Made by a program: the position numbers and the translations under genes. This document shows, in pieces, positions 21,276-32,502 of a stretch of 64,000 nt of DNA. Each line of letters opens with the position of its first letter. Position 1 is the first letter of the stretch. The stretch lies in NCBI GenBank assembly GCA_918797485.1, contig CAKKNE010000005.1:5208001-5272000 (forward strand). Reading direction: 5' to 3'. Origin of the DNA: Pelagomonas calceolata. Its lineage: Eukaryota. Below the pieces are notes generated by a model. The model made no database searches and was not told where the DNA came from. It was given only the letters and a program-made list of their open reading frames with translations.

Positions 21276-21815
21276 TCAGCCGCATATCCGTGTCCACTCC
21301 TCCTCGCCGATGCCGGGGTGAAATTCTGGTCGGAAGTCGTGCCAGTGCCACCGACTCGTGAGCCAGCAGCCCCGTTGTAATCTGAGTTCCCACCCGAGAG
21401 TGACATGGGCGTCGGACGCGTCTTCGAGGCGCACGCGTAAGAAGGCCTCGTCGTCCAGCACAAGAACGTCGTCGTCGAGGTCGGCGGTGTACTCTTCGCG
21501 GAGTAAAGCGTACTGGCCGTTGCCGAGGCCTTCGAAGGTCGACCCGCGCCGCTGCACGCCGGCCGGCGCGAAGTCGGGTGTACTGAAGCGGTGCAGGAAT
21601 CGCTCGTCGCCGCTTCGCAACGCGCGGAGCGTAAGAGCGACCACGTCTACGGGTGTGAACGCGTCGGTTGGTGTCAGCCCGGTAGCCAGCAGTCGCCGGA
21701 AGTCGGCGTCTACATCATCGAGCTGTTTGGAGCTGTGTGACGAGCGCCGCTGCTGTCTTTGTGGCGGCAAATGAAGCGCTGCCGTTGCCACGAGAGAGAT
21801 GATAGCAAAACGCAT
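21276..21815 (-). CDS. Hypothetical protein with signal peptide
   Basis: 179-aa ATG ORF; hydrophobic N-terminus; TPVDVV..L.AL and GCWLT motifs. Confidence 0.7.
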   Translation of the reverse strand: MRFAIISLVATAALHLPPQRQQRRSSHSSKQLDDVDADFRRLLATGLTPTDAFTPVDVVALTLRALRSGDERFLHRFSTPDFAPAGVQRRGSTFEGLGNGQYALLREEYTADLDDDVLVLDDEAFLRVRLEDASDAHVTLGWELRLQRGCWLTSRWHWHDFRPEFHPGIGEEEWTRICG

Positions 21816-22025
21816 GCTCGTGCCGTTCCAGGACGATTCATGCGGCCATTTGCAGCATGAGAGCTGCTTTGCAGCACTGAGAGCCCTGCCTGTTTGAAGC
21901 GCCTGGAAGCAGCCTAAGCGCTTTTTAAGACGCGACTGGCATTGGTTTGCATACGTTTGGACTCAACACAAGGACGGCTGGGCAAGAACGCGCGGACTTG
22001 CGCACTCTAAGGCACTGATCAAGCC

Positions 22026-22694
22026 ATGCACCGCCTCGCGCTGCTCCTGTGCACTGCCGCGACGACGAGCGCACTCCGCCTCGTCGGCCGGCGCGCAGCC
22101 GTCAGCGCGGCAACCGGTGCAGCTGTAGCGCTGCCGAAGCAAGTTCTTGCGAAATGCACGGACATCGAGTCGTGTCGCGAGGTCGGCGACGCTAAAGTTG
22201 CTGCTCAAGAGGCTGCAAATCCAGTGATAAACCTGGGCAACGGCGTACGATACAAACGTGTCAAGGAAGGTGCCGGTGCCACGGTCTCGGGCAATGATGT
22301 CGTGGACGTGGCATATTCGATCTCGACGGCGGGCGGCTCCTACATGTATTCACGCGGCTTTGGGTTCGAGAAGGACTCAGACGGCGTGGTTGATGCTGGA
22401 GATTTTTTGCGAGTGCGACTCGGCAATCAAGACGTCCCGAAAGGGATAGAGCTCGCTCTGCGCGGAATGAAGAAGGGTGAGAAGCGACGCGTCGAATTAC
22501 CACCTGGTCCGGTGACGGGATTTGAAACGTCGGAATGGAAGCCTGCTCCGACGACGCGGCGCGGCAAGGCGCAGATTGTCGCCTACAAAAATCTGATCAA
22601 CGGCAACGGCTCGTCGCAGCCGCCATTTCCCGCCGTGACGGTGTGGGATATCGAGTGCCGGCGCGTTCGCGGGGCGAGGGGTGGGGAGCGGTAA
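22026..22694 (+). CDS. Thylakoid-lumen FKBP-type peptidyl-prolyl isomerase
   Basis: Signal plus twin-Arg GRRA...VLA; VPKGIELALRGMKKGEKRRVELPP. Confidence 0.9.
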   Translation: MHRLALLLCTAATTSALRLVGRRAAVSAATGAAVALPKQVLAKCTDIESCREVGDAKVAAQEAANPVINLGNGVRYKRVKEGAGATVSGNDVVDVAYSISTAGGSYMYSRGFGFEKDSDGVVDAGDFLRVRLGNQDVPKGIELALRGMKKGEKRRVELPPGPVTGFETSEWKPAPTTRRGKAQIVAYKNLINGNGSSQPPFPAVTVWDIECRRVRGARGGER

Positions 22695-22983
22695 CTTGTA
22701 ATTGTTGCCTGTGTGTCGACCCCTTGTTCATCTGATTGTCCCGTGATCCTCTCCTCTCGCGAGATATCTCGAGATCTGTCCAGCAAAACAAAACGGGTTT
22801 TCCAGGTCAATTTTGCGCGAATTGCGCCACCGTATACGGCGCAACGCCGTAAAATAGACAGGACAGACGCCGTGGCGTCTCCCAGCAACGTCGTGTAGTC
22901 GCGCTTCCACCTTTTAGCGCCTGCAAACAGGTTATAGTCCAATCCAGAGACCAGAGATCTTTTTGGTTTAAGCACCAAACACT

Positions 22984-23352
22984 ATGGTTCGCACCGAGCC
23001 GGTCCGCGAGAACCTGGCGAATCTCAAGCTCTCCTTTGGCGCGTCGCCTGGCCCGGTGGCAGTCCGTGTCCCGGTTGACGCGAGGACGTGACCTGGACGT
23101 CGTCGACCCGGACTCGACCGGTGGGAGTCGACCGGTCTCCGCGCGCAGGTCGTACGGCCCACCCAGACGAAGAACGACTTCCTGCTCGCCTATCGCGGTG
23201 TTGCTATCGGCGACGACGTCGCCATCGACAAGGGCAAGAAGACGGGCCGGGTCGCGCAGATGCTGCGCAAGACGCGGCCGTCGCCCCCCTCCCCGCCGCG
23301 GTCGAAAAAACGCCAGGAGCCGTCCTGGGCCAGGATGGCGCCGCCGGCGTGA
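22984..23352 (+). CDS. Small spliced hypothetical protein (intron about 23062-23148), absent from the ORF track
   Basis: ATG 22984 MVRTEPVRENLANLKLSF; an 87-nt GT..CGCAG segment removes an in-frame TGA; continues VVRPTQTKNDFLLAYRG to TGA 23352. Confidence 0.55.
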
Positions 23353-23541
23353 GCGATACGCCGTCGACGCGACGCACTCCGGAGCCGCGCCCAAGGCGCA
23401 CCCGCACGCGTCGCGAATCCCTTATTTAATAATGTTTTGCCCCACGTATCTGCACCGCGCACGCCATCGATGCAGCAGTCTAGTGAGTGCTCTCGGAAAG
23501 CTCTGGGAGTATAACGCGAGAAAGACTTACACAAGAAACGA

Positions 23542-24507
23542 TCATGGCTCGTCGCCATTCAAAAACCCCACCCACGCCTCGGACTCGATCGTGCTCTCGA
23601 GCATGTGGACGACGGTGCAAGGTCCCCCATCGTCGAAAAAAAACTCGAACCGCCGCGCGACGCGCGCGCCGTAGGCCGCCACCGACGAGGTCCACCGTAA
23701 AATCGAGCCCGGCTTCACTTCCCGTATATACTCCACATCAAAGGCGTTCACGTGGCGGCACTTCCACTTGCCCTCCTGCCGCTCCGCGTCGATGGCGTGG
23801 AGGCGCGCGTCGTATAATATGTGCGCCCAGCGCGCGTTGTTGATGTGTCCTAAAGAGTCCGCGTCGGACTGGCGGACGACGTAGTCGCCGCCGCCGTCCG
23901 CGCCTTCGGCCCACGCGAGCGCGTCCATGGCGGCGCTGCCCGGAAATCTGTGTGGAAATCAAATTTTGGACCGTTCCTGTCACTGCATCTGCTCGATGGC
24001 GTGTAGATTCCACACGGCCGGAAACGGGTCGTCGCAGTCGTCCTCCGTGACCAGTTCTCGCAACCCGGCCGCCACCTTGTCGGGCAGCGGCTCCGGCCGC
24101 CCAGCCTTGACGTGCACGAAGACGCCGCGCGTCGTCGCGACCCTTTCTTTCTCGTTGGCGTCCCAGAAGTCGGAGGCAAAGGCCCAGCTCGTCGTGCCGA
24201 CGCGCGTGCAGCGCGGTCTCACATCAATAGTGTCCACGGAATTGTGCAGCGCTTTATGGCTCCAGTCGAAGGCGACTCCGTGCTTTCGCAGGACCAATTG
24301 GTTGCGGCGCCACAGTTCCGCAAAGCCGTCGACGTTCTCTGCTAATACGGTGGTAGCACCGTCGGACAGCGTGAGCGTGCGCGCGGCCCAGTCCCACGCT
24401 GCTGAAGTGTCGCCCCAGCAGAGCGTCGAGCGTAACACGGGTTTGCCATCGCTGCTGAGGCGGCGCCTGGCAGCCTGCGAGACGACACGACGCGCCGCGA
24501 ATGCCAT
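23542..24507 (-). CDS. Double hot-dog acyl-CoA/ACP thioesterase, probably mitochondrial; intron 23948-24025
   Basis: RVGTTSW and VRQSDADSLGHINNARW motifs; splicing gives DDPFPGSAAMDAL. Confidence 0.85.
23948..24025 (-). mobile_element. Introner (TIR element 23948-24017 plus target-site copy)
   Basis: CCGTGTGGAATC...TTGATTTCCACACAG; flanks GTTTCCGG / ATTTCCGG (7 of 8 match). Confidence 0.9.
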
Positions 24508-25100
24508 TGCTGGAATGGCTCTTGAATCGCTCTCGCAGCGATGCTACCGGGAGTAATGAGGTCCCAATCAGGTGCTGGGACGACGCGTCGGCGTCGTTTT
24601 AGCAGCGTATCTCACAGAGAGCAGGTGGCTCTCTGTAGCTGTTCGAGCCTTACGCGTTTCTGCCACGCAGAATTTTTGTGGACAGTACCTTGTGAGGTTC
24701 TCGCGGCCTAGAGAAACGAGCTGTATTGCAGCGAGCGTCGACGGGTGTAGCACTAACGCCTGCCCATGCAGCATGCAAAACAGGTTTGTTGCCGGGAGTG
24801 TTGGCCAGCACGTTTCGAGAGCGGTCCGGTGGGTTGCAAAGCAACTCCAAAGCGGCGAAAACAGGGGTGGTGAGCTCAGTACTATCGTGCGGGATCAGGA
24901 AAACAGGTCCCCTCCATCTCACCACTTTAGAGCAGGCTGGCAAGCCGTGTGCGGCCGCATCGATCACGAAGTTGGCGTGGCGACGCCAGATTACTCTGCC
25001 TTGCTGCTGCCGTCACGAAAAACCGGCGCGCTGGCCGTACAGACACGCTAGCGCGCTGCAGCACGAGCACTAAATTTGAGCACAACCCTACGTTGACAAA

Positions 25101-27221
25101 ATGGACGCAGCATGGGCCCTACCGGAGAGCCCATACGATCTCCTCGGCGTTGCCGACGACTGCAGCACCGCCGACGTCAAGAAGGCGTACAGAGACATGG
25201 CGCGCTTGTTCCATCCTGACAGGAATACGGACGCAAAGGACATCGAGACGCGCACGGCCCACTTCCTCAAAATCAAAAAGGCCTACGAGACGCTGCAGGA
25301 CCCGGGGAGCCGCAAGCTCTATGACGGCTGCTTGCTCGCGCGAGAGAGGCTCGTTCGAAAGAACTTGTATAAATACGCCGTCAGTAATACCCCAGAGTTC
25401 CGAGACGTGGTCGACGCCCAGTTCGCCGACGCCGTGCTCGATCCGGAGCGCGACGTGGCCGGCGACGCGCTCGTGCTGTGCTGCGAGTCCTGCGGCGCTC
25501 CCTCGAAATTCCGCTGCTCCATCTGCGACCGCCTGGTCTGCGCCTTTTGTCAATTGAAACAGCACGCTTTTGATGGTATTCCCCCGCACTACCCGGCGAA
25601 GTATACACCTAGATACAGAAGGCAGATCGAAAGCGATGGTAGATTAAGACGATTGCTAGACCACCAGAAGGAGGTCGGGGACCGGCCCTGGGCGAAGAGC
25701 GACAGCGACCGGGTCTCGGCAAGGCGGCGAGTGGCCCTCCTCAAAAAGAAATCAGACGGCGATGACCGGGCGCCGCTGTCGCTCACGTACGGCTGGTGCC
25801 AGACCCAGGCTTGCGTCTACGTCGCCGTGTTCGTGCCTGGTCTCTGCGCGGACGACGACGCCGTCCGCGTAGCGTTGACGAACAATCGGTTGAGCGTGGG
25901 GCCACGCCATGGCCAACCAATAGTAGATCAGCCCCTTTCAAATCAGGCGATGGGCGCGCTGGAGTGCGTCGTGTTTGGTTCTGCTGAAGTCGCGCTGGTC
26001 CGCGCGCAGAAGGCGAATCTGGGAGAGGTCTGGCGCGAGCTCTTCGAGGGCGACTCCTTACTACTGAGAGATGCGGGCGACCACGACCAACACGTGTGGT
26101 GGCGCGATTCCGGGGAGCCGAGCGCTGTGTGGAAATCAAATTTCCGACGCCCCACGCCATCGGCGCGATGTTCAGGATAACCTAGCTCACTGGTTGATTT
26201 CCACACAGGGACTTTCGGGAGCCCGAGCCGACATTTGGTTGGGGTCCGCGTCCTTCTCGTGCCTTCGAATCGGACGCAAAGGCGTGAAGGTGGACGCTCA
26301 TTCCGCGCAGGCGTCGACGTCTTCGTTCCGCGAAATTGTAAGGTTGAGGACTTGGAGGTGGAGCTCACGGCTAGACATCTGAGCGTGAAAGTGGAAGGAT
26401 GGGGCGTCTTCCGGCGGCACTGGGCCTACACCTGTAGGAGCGACGAGGCCTCGTGGCATCTTTTGGACGACGACGGCCGGCGGAAGGTTAGGGTCGATTG
26501 TCGCTTCCGTGGCTTGCCCACGAACGGGCCGAAGACCAAGGAGCCCGACGCCGTGCCCAAGGACGCCGTCAAGCAGCTCTTTGTGGAGGACACTGATGAT
26601 TATTCTACTTTGGCCGTCGCGCAAGTTGGTGCGTGGCTGGACGTCGGCGCCACCTTCTCGAAGGAAGAAGACCTCCTGCCGGCGGCGCAGAAGCTGCTCA
26701 AGGCCATGCGGCGCGAGCGGCCGCGGGAAGATCGCAAGAAGCCCCTCGAGCCGCCGTTTAGTTCATTAGATGTTGATTTAGAGGACGTGCGGCGGTGGCA
26801 TAGCCGCGAGTCCATATTGCGGGAGGACGCCTGGGTCTCGTCGCATGCGCCCTCTACAAAAACTGCTGCTTCTGTGTATGAAGCGCCCTTGCCACCGCCG
26901 CCGTCAATATCACGGGAGATCACTACGTTCGCGTGGGACGAACAAGGGTCCACGGTCAAGCTCTACCTGTCTCTCGGACAATTTGTCGACGAGCTCGTCA
27001 GTTCGGACGTCTCCGTCCGGTTTAGTTCGGGAAGCGTCCGCGTGCGAATCGGAGACCTCACGTTTGAGCGCAAGCTCTTCGCTCCCGTTAAACCGTCGAA
27101 GTGCGGCTTCAAGGTGCATGAGGAGCGGTGCTGCGTCGTCGTATCATTGCGGAAGAAGCGGAAGGAGGAGGTTTGGCCTTCACTTGTGGCGGACGTGAAC
27201 GCGGACCCCTGTGCCGCTTGA
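25101..27221 (+). CDS. DnaJ-domain protein with B-box-like zinc finger and CS (p23-like) domains; introns 26117-26208 and 26244-26310
   Basis: HPD J-domain; CESC..CSICD..CAFC..H; YGWCQTQ and FAWDEQ CS starts; both introns together restore the frame (WRDSGE/DFREPEPTFGWG/VDVFVP). Confidence 0.82.
26117..26208 (+). mobile_element. Introner (TIR element 26125-26208), GC-AG intron
   Basis: Perfect TIRs CTGTGTGGAAATCAA / TTGATTTCCACACAG; GC 8 nt upstream; TSD not recognisable. Confidence 0.85.
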
Positions 27222-27341
27222 GCTCTAGGTGTTGTTTTTCTAAATTTGAGTTTTGGTATATAAAAACGGGTTTTCCAGCGCTTCTTTTTGCTCGCGCCGT
27301 GTACGGCCACCAGGCGGGTTCAGGCATAGCGAGTGGCTTAG

Positions 27342-27665
27342 AGCAAGCGACCACTCCCCACAGAACGCAACCTTGAAGCGGCGCGCGCTCAAGATGTCTT
27401 CCTCTACAAATATAACTCTGATGACGACGTCGACCCGGACGACTTCGACGAATGTGATGAGTACTACTGTGGCAACGACCCGTACTGGCGGTACGACGCC
27501 GGTGATAAGGGACCGCTTGGATGTGATGATATCGCTGGAGAACCCGAGAAGATAGAGAAGCGATGCCGAACGCAAGAACGCGTCGGCGTCGACGCCACGG
27601 GCCGGGAAGTGCGCGCTTCCATCGCCTGCAAGGGCGTGTGCCGAGAGTCGTGCGGCGGCTGCTAG
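27342..27665 (+). pseudogene. ATG-less Cys-rich open frame (3' gene fragment or orphan exon)
   Basis: Frame between TAG 27339 and TAG 27663 reads ...DECDEYYCGNDPYWRY...GCDDIA...KRC...ASIACKGVCRESCGGC*. Confidence 0.6.
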
Positions 27666-27700
27666 ACCCCATTCCTCCCTAGAATCCCTTCCTAAGTAAA

Positions 27701-28599
27701 CTAAGTCGTTACCTTCGACGCCTCCGCCTCCTCCGCGAGCGCTTTCTTCCACGACCGCCTCCAAGACACGATCACGATCTTCTGGATCTGGCGCGTCACG
27801 GCCATGGTCATCGACCGCTGGAAGCTAGCCATGTTGCACAAGAGGGACTCCGACTCGAATATCACAAAGTCTTCCATGAACTTCCGGTCCACCTCGTTGC
27901 CGCCACTCAGGCGCCGGCCCAGGTCGTCGGCGAAGTGATCTGCGTGGGAGCGCGACAAGTGAGCCCAAGGTCCCTAAGAATGGCGTCGATGGCGTGGGAA
28001 TCGAAGCGATAATAATTCGGCACCGCGCGCGGACTACAATTCCGGAAGAAGAAGTCGTATTCCTCCTCATTGTAGTCAGCTTCCATCTTTCGGAGCACTT
28101 CATCTATCCCGGCATCATCGTAGACACTTTCGCCGAGGTTGAAAGAAAATACCGGCTCGCCGGCCGCGCGCGCGACCACAGAGTTACTGGTGGGCTCTAT
28201 CTCTCCATCATAAGCCCACCTGTGCGCAAATCAAACAGTGAGTCGGGTGCACCCGATAAATTCAGCAGTGGCAGAGACGCGCCGGGTAAACTTCGACTTA
28301 TGCACTGAAGCCCACGCGCGATCGCCAACTGAACAAGTCAGCTTCGGGAACCAGTGCACGCGCTTCGACGTCGCCAGACTGAGCGCTGGGGCAAGCTTCC
28401 CGTCACTCGATATGTCGTAGCATCTCACTATAACGTCCCTCGGTCCGATAGGCTTTTTTGCGCATTCTACAGTTTCTCCGACAGCAACCGCTTGCTCCTT
28501 GGTAGCGCCGCCGATGCCTTCCCTAAATTCAGTCCGCTTCGGCGGCGTCGTAATCGGCGCTAGTGCGCACGCAGTGGTCACGAGGAGCAGGCAGCGCAT
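27701..28599 (-). CDS. PPPDE/DeSI peptidase-family protein; introns 28220-28315 and 27940-28034
   Basis: CYDIS start; splicing restores AWAYDGEIE and YDFFFRNCNHFADD. Confidence 0.85.
28220..28315 (-). mobile_element. Introner (degenerate TIR element 28220-28307) with perfect 8-bp TSD
   Basis: GTGGGCTT on both sides (28212-28219 and 28308-28315); ends TTTGATTTGCGCACAG; shares TCGGGTGCACCCGATA with the 48005 element. Confidence 0.88.
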
Positions 28600-29178
28600 C
28601 GTGCTCACGGAGTCCGCTGAGTGCTTTGCTGCGCACGCAGTCCACTGCAGTCCACTGCAAGTTATACTGCTGCGCTTGTGACCTCGCGTCGACGACGTGC
28701 CGGCAGCCAGTGCAGCTTGCAGAGATTGTGATGACTTGTTGAGAGCTGCACGCAGCGTGACGGCTCGAATCGCTGCCGCAAGCTGAGCAGGCCCTTGAAA
28801 TTGATGCTAACAGCGCGTCTCTGCTGCTTGAGTCTGCTCTCGTGCGAGCTGTAGCACCACAATAGATCGACAAGGAGATGATCAAAGCTGAGGCTAAAGC
28901 CGCTACGGTGCGACCACTCTTCGGGTTGCGGTTCGGAAAGAGTCCTTGGAAGCGGAGCATTGGCAAAACACGGAAGGAACAAATTAATTCGCACGGGTTT
29001 CAACTCGATGACGCAACTGGGCTTTTTCGTGGCCCTGAGCAGCCACCAGACCTCGTTCGCGGTCTCGACGCTGTACAAAAGCTCTGACCCGCAGCCAGCA
29101 AGCGCGTGAACAACGCGCGGCCGGTGCAGATAGGCGAGGAGGCGATATAGCACATTCCTCTCGAATCGACTCCTAGAG

Positions 29179-31088
29179 ATGCGACGACGACCCGCTGCGT
29201 TGCTCGCGCTGCTCGCGGCGGCCGCAGCGGACAACGCGCTCCTCTCCGCTAGCGAGAAACCCTCGCTCAAGATCCGCGGCGTGAACTTAGGCGGCTGGCT
29301 CGTCCTCGAGAAGTGGATCAAGCCGTCTCTGTTCAGTGAGTGGGACGCCTTCGACAAAAAGGCGCCCAAGGACCAGTGGACCTACTGCGAGACGCTGGGA
29401 AAGACGGAATGCAAGAAACGCCTCGAGCAGCACTGGGACACGTGGGTCACGGAGAGCACGATCAGTGACCTGGCTGATGCGGGCATCACGCACGTGAGGA
29501 TACCTATCGGGCACTGGATCACGTGTGACATCGCCGACGACGAGCCCTACGTGTGCGGGGAATGGACCTACCTCAAAAGAGTGGCCGAGTGGTGCCAGAA
29601 ATACGATGTCTTGGTGTGGCTCGACCTCCACACGGCGCCCGGCTCCCAGAACGGCTTCGACAACTCGGGCCACACGGGCGACGCGCTCTGGGACAAGTCC
29701 ATGGCCAACGTGAACCGCACGTTACGAGTTGTAGATGAAATAGCGTCGAAGGTCGCAGAGGACGACGCTTTGTCAAGCGTGACGACGGGCTTCGGTCTGC
29801 TGAACGAGCCGGACGCCGGCATCGATTATTGGCGCATGCTCAACTACTACGAGGACGCTTACGCGACGATCCGGCGCGTATTAGGCAAGGATGTGGCGGT
29901 CTATGTGGGAGACATGTTCGTGCAAACCTGTGCATAAATCAACCAGAGAGTCGGGGGCGCCACGCTATCGAGCAGGCGTCGCGTCGATGGCGTGGAGGCC
30001 ATGATCCAGCGGATGCGGAGACGCGCAGCGAGAGGAGACACGCCGCGAGAGGAGATGCGCCGCGAGAATTTGATTTCCTCTCACTTTGATTTCCACACTA
30101 GAACCCAAAAAATTTCAATTGGTTTTGGGTCTCCAAGGACAACGCGCCGCAAGGGCCCTCAAATGAGGCCGAGAACGTATACCTCGACAGCCACATCTAC
30201 GCCTGCTTCGTCGATGATTTGAAGGCGATGACGCCCCAGCAGCACATCCGCCAGGTTTGTAAATTTGAAAGGGACCACATCAACCGTCGCGCGCTGTGTA
30301 GAAATCAATTGCAACGCGCTACATGCCATCGACGAAATGTGTGACTCACTTTTCATTTCCGCACAGAGTGCTGCTGGGACGGCCTGCCGCCCAAGCCGAC
30401 GGAGCTGAAGCGCTTCGTCGGCGAGTGGACGGCGGCCTACGACCAGACGCCGTCGCCGGAGCTCGAGAAGCACTTCCGCGAGCACCCCCGCGAACTAACG
30501 CCGGAACGGTTCCGATTCCTGGAGCAGTTCGTGCTCGCGCAGATGATGACCTACGAGGCCACTCCTGAAGAAAATCTCGAATACTTGCCGCCGAAGAGCG
30601 TCGCGGGCGACTTCCACGGCTGGTTCTTCTGGAACTTTCGCATGGAGGAGACGGTCTACCGCGAGTGGGACTACCTGCGAGGCGTCAAGGAGGGCTGGAT
30701 CCCCAAACTTGAGCGGGGCGTGACCGTGGAGCAGCAGACGGGCACGGACTGCGCCCAGTTGGAAGAGGAGGCCCTGGCGTGCACGACGGAGGTCGTCGAC
30801 CCCTTTCCCAAGATTCCCCACTGGAAGGGCATTCCTTGTATTGCGCCGTCGCCCGCGGAGGTCGCGTCGTTGTTCCTGCTGAAGGCGTTCGCGTGCGTCG
30901 GCGTCGTGGCCGTGGTCCTCTTCGTGCTCTACGCGCTGCGCTACGGCTTCGCCAAGGCCTGGGCCGAGCTGCGCGCGTGCTGCGGCCGCGGCGGGTCCCT
31001 CGAAATGGCGCGGCGGAAGGAATTTACGAGGATCAACGACGAGCCGTCCTCCTACGACACGAACAACCCGATCAACGTCGCCGCGTAG
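29179..31088 (+). CDS. GH5 exo-beta-1,3-glucanase-like protein with C-terminal transmembrane helix; introns 29920-30101 and 30286-30366
   Basis: RGVNLGGWLVLE.WI.PSLF, RIPIG.W, DLHTAPGSQNGFDNSG, NEP; after splicing VYLDSHIY, VGEWTAA, GWFFWNF. Confidence 0.93.
29920..30101 (+). mobile_element. Introner (starts CTGTGCATAAATCAA at 29928; duplicated 3' TIR piece)
   Basis: GT 8 nt before the TIR; ends TTTGATTTCCACACTAG; interior homologous to 48005-48207. Confidence 0.85.
30286..30366 (+). mobile_element. Introner (TIR element 30294-30366)
   Basis: CTGTGTAGAAATCAA...TTTCATTTCCGCACAG; GT 8 nt upstream; removal restores INQCCW. Confidence 0.85.
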
Positions 31089-31262
31089 TAGTCGCTCCCC
31101 CTGTCGCCCCGATTTAACTCCTTGTACAATATTTTTTTCTGGTGGTTGTTGCGGCGATGGCGTACTGGGTGGTCTGGTTCCCTACGAGTCTGCGACCGTT
31201 CCCCGAGTGCCTTTGTAGCGCTCTTAGGTAAGCCGCTGCTGGCCAAGCTTGATCAGGCGGCC

Positions 31263-31296
31263 TCAGGCTCGGGCAAATTACGTCGCGGGGCCCCCC
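31263..31296. repeat. Dispersed repeat copy 1 (shortest, most diverged)
   Basis: TCAGGCTCGGGCAAATTACGTCGCGGGGCCCCCC matches the copies at 32160, 36428 and 38524. Confidence 0.7.
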
Positions 31297-31313
31297 TATC
31301 GCAACGCCTGGTT

Positions 31314-31337
31314 GCTAGTGTCTTACAGGACGCTAGC
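31314..31337 (+). promoter_or_regulatory. CTAG-bracketed upstream element
   Basis: GCTAGTGTCTTACAGGACGCTAGC. Confidence 0.7.
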
Positions 31338-31488
31338 TCGGCTCACTCTCGACTATTGCCATTGCGCTTCACGGCCTGATACCGGGCCGCGCGACCGTCG
31401 GGGAGGCGCGCGGCGGCTGGCCTGCCCTGTCGCCAAATGCCACAGGCGGACCGCTTGGCGAAAACACGCGTAGTTTTTTGAGAGAAAA

Positions 31489-31546
31489 ACACTGACACCT
31501 GGAGCAACTCGACCGCCACACTGACACCTGGAACAACTCGACCGCC
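31489..31546. repeat. 29-bp tandem duplication
   Basis: ACACTGACACCTGGA(G/A)CAACTCGACCGCC x2. Confidence 0.9.
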
Positions 31547-31560
31547 GCACGAGCGTGAAA

Positions 31561-32112
31561 ATGGTCCGCCGCCACAGCCTGCCGCCGCATGCCCTGAAAC
31601 GGCAGAATAGCAGGTTCAAAATCGGCGCGGGGGTCGCCGCGGCCGCGGGCGCCGGCGCCGCGCTCCTCGCCGTCGGCCTCTGCCTGCGCCTGACGCCGCC
31701 GCCCGCCGTGCCCGCGCCGACGCCCGCGCGCGTCGAGCAGCCCTGGGAAGTGGTCGACCGGCAGGAGCGCCTCGGGAGCGCCTGGCCGTCGTACGGGACG
31801 GAGGTCACGCTCGTCCGCGGCAAGAAGAACCAGAATTCGAGGAGAAAGGCCCAATTAACGATCGCGCACCGCGAGCCCATGACGGGCATCATAAAAAAAT
31901 TCCTCACGCCCCAGGAGGTCGCCGACGTGAGAAAGGGCATGAAGCAGCCTTTTCAAGCGTATGCAGAATTAGAAGCAAGGGGCCCGGCGCACGGCGACGC
32001 GGCCTTTCCCCTGAAAAACTTTCTCATCCAACGCAACGAGACGCGCCAGAGTCCTGTGTTGCACGCGATCAATGACAATGCAATCAATGCAATGCCAATG
32101 CCAATGCACTAA
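31561..32112 (+). pseudogene. Type II membrane protein, apparently 3'-truncated (prolyl-4-hydroxylase-like start)
   Basis: Transmembrane anchor then HREPMTGIIKKFLTPQEV; the frame ends in AATGC-like micro-repeats just before repeat copy 2. Confidence 0.45.
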
Positions 32113-32159
32113 AATTCCCGTCCCCCTAGCCGTACTGACTAAATATCTCTCGTTATAGC

Positions 32160-32214
32160 TCAGGCTCAGGCTATTTACGTCGCGGGGTCCCGTACCCTTC
32201 CCGCTCCCCGGGCC
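32160..32214. repeat. Dispersed repeat copy 2
   Basis: TCAGGCTCAGGCTATTTACGTCGCGGGGTCCCGTACCCTTCCCGCTCCCCGGGCC. Confidence 0.85.
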
Positions 32215-32219
32215 AGCTT

Positions 32220-32243
32220 GCTAGTGTCTTACCGGCCGCTAGC
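32220..32243 (+). promoter_or_regulatory. CTAG-bracketed upstream element
   Basis: GCTAGTGTCTTACCGGCCGCTAGC. Confidence 0.7.
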
Positions 32244-32502
32244 TAAAGCTCTCACTGCTCTTCATCGGCCGAGCGTGCGACGGAGGCATAACCTCGGACT
32301 TAGCTTTAGGTGTATCTTGCTGCCCACTGTCCCTCGAAGGCAAGGCGTGAAAACCACAGCCCCTTTGGCCTCGCTCGGGGAGCTACAGAATCTGAAGGAA
32401 ACAGTGCTCTCTGGGCAGAGCGGCGCATCTGACGCGCCCGGCTCTGGGCAGAGCAGCATCTAACGCGCCCGGCGACCTAGCAACGCGCCCGGCGGCCTAG
32501 CA

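Noticed and set aside
23062..23148. In-frame TGA as selenocysteine in the small gene at 22984
   Set aside because: The TGA lies inside a GT..CGCAG segment resembling other local introns; no redox motif and no convincing SECIS seen
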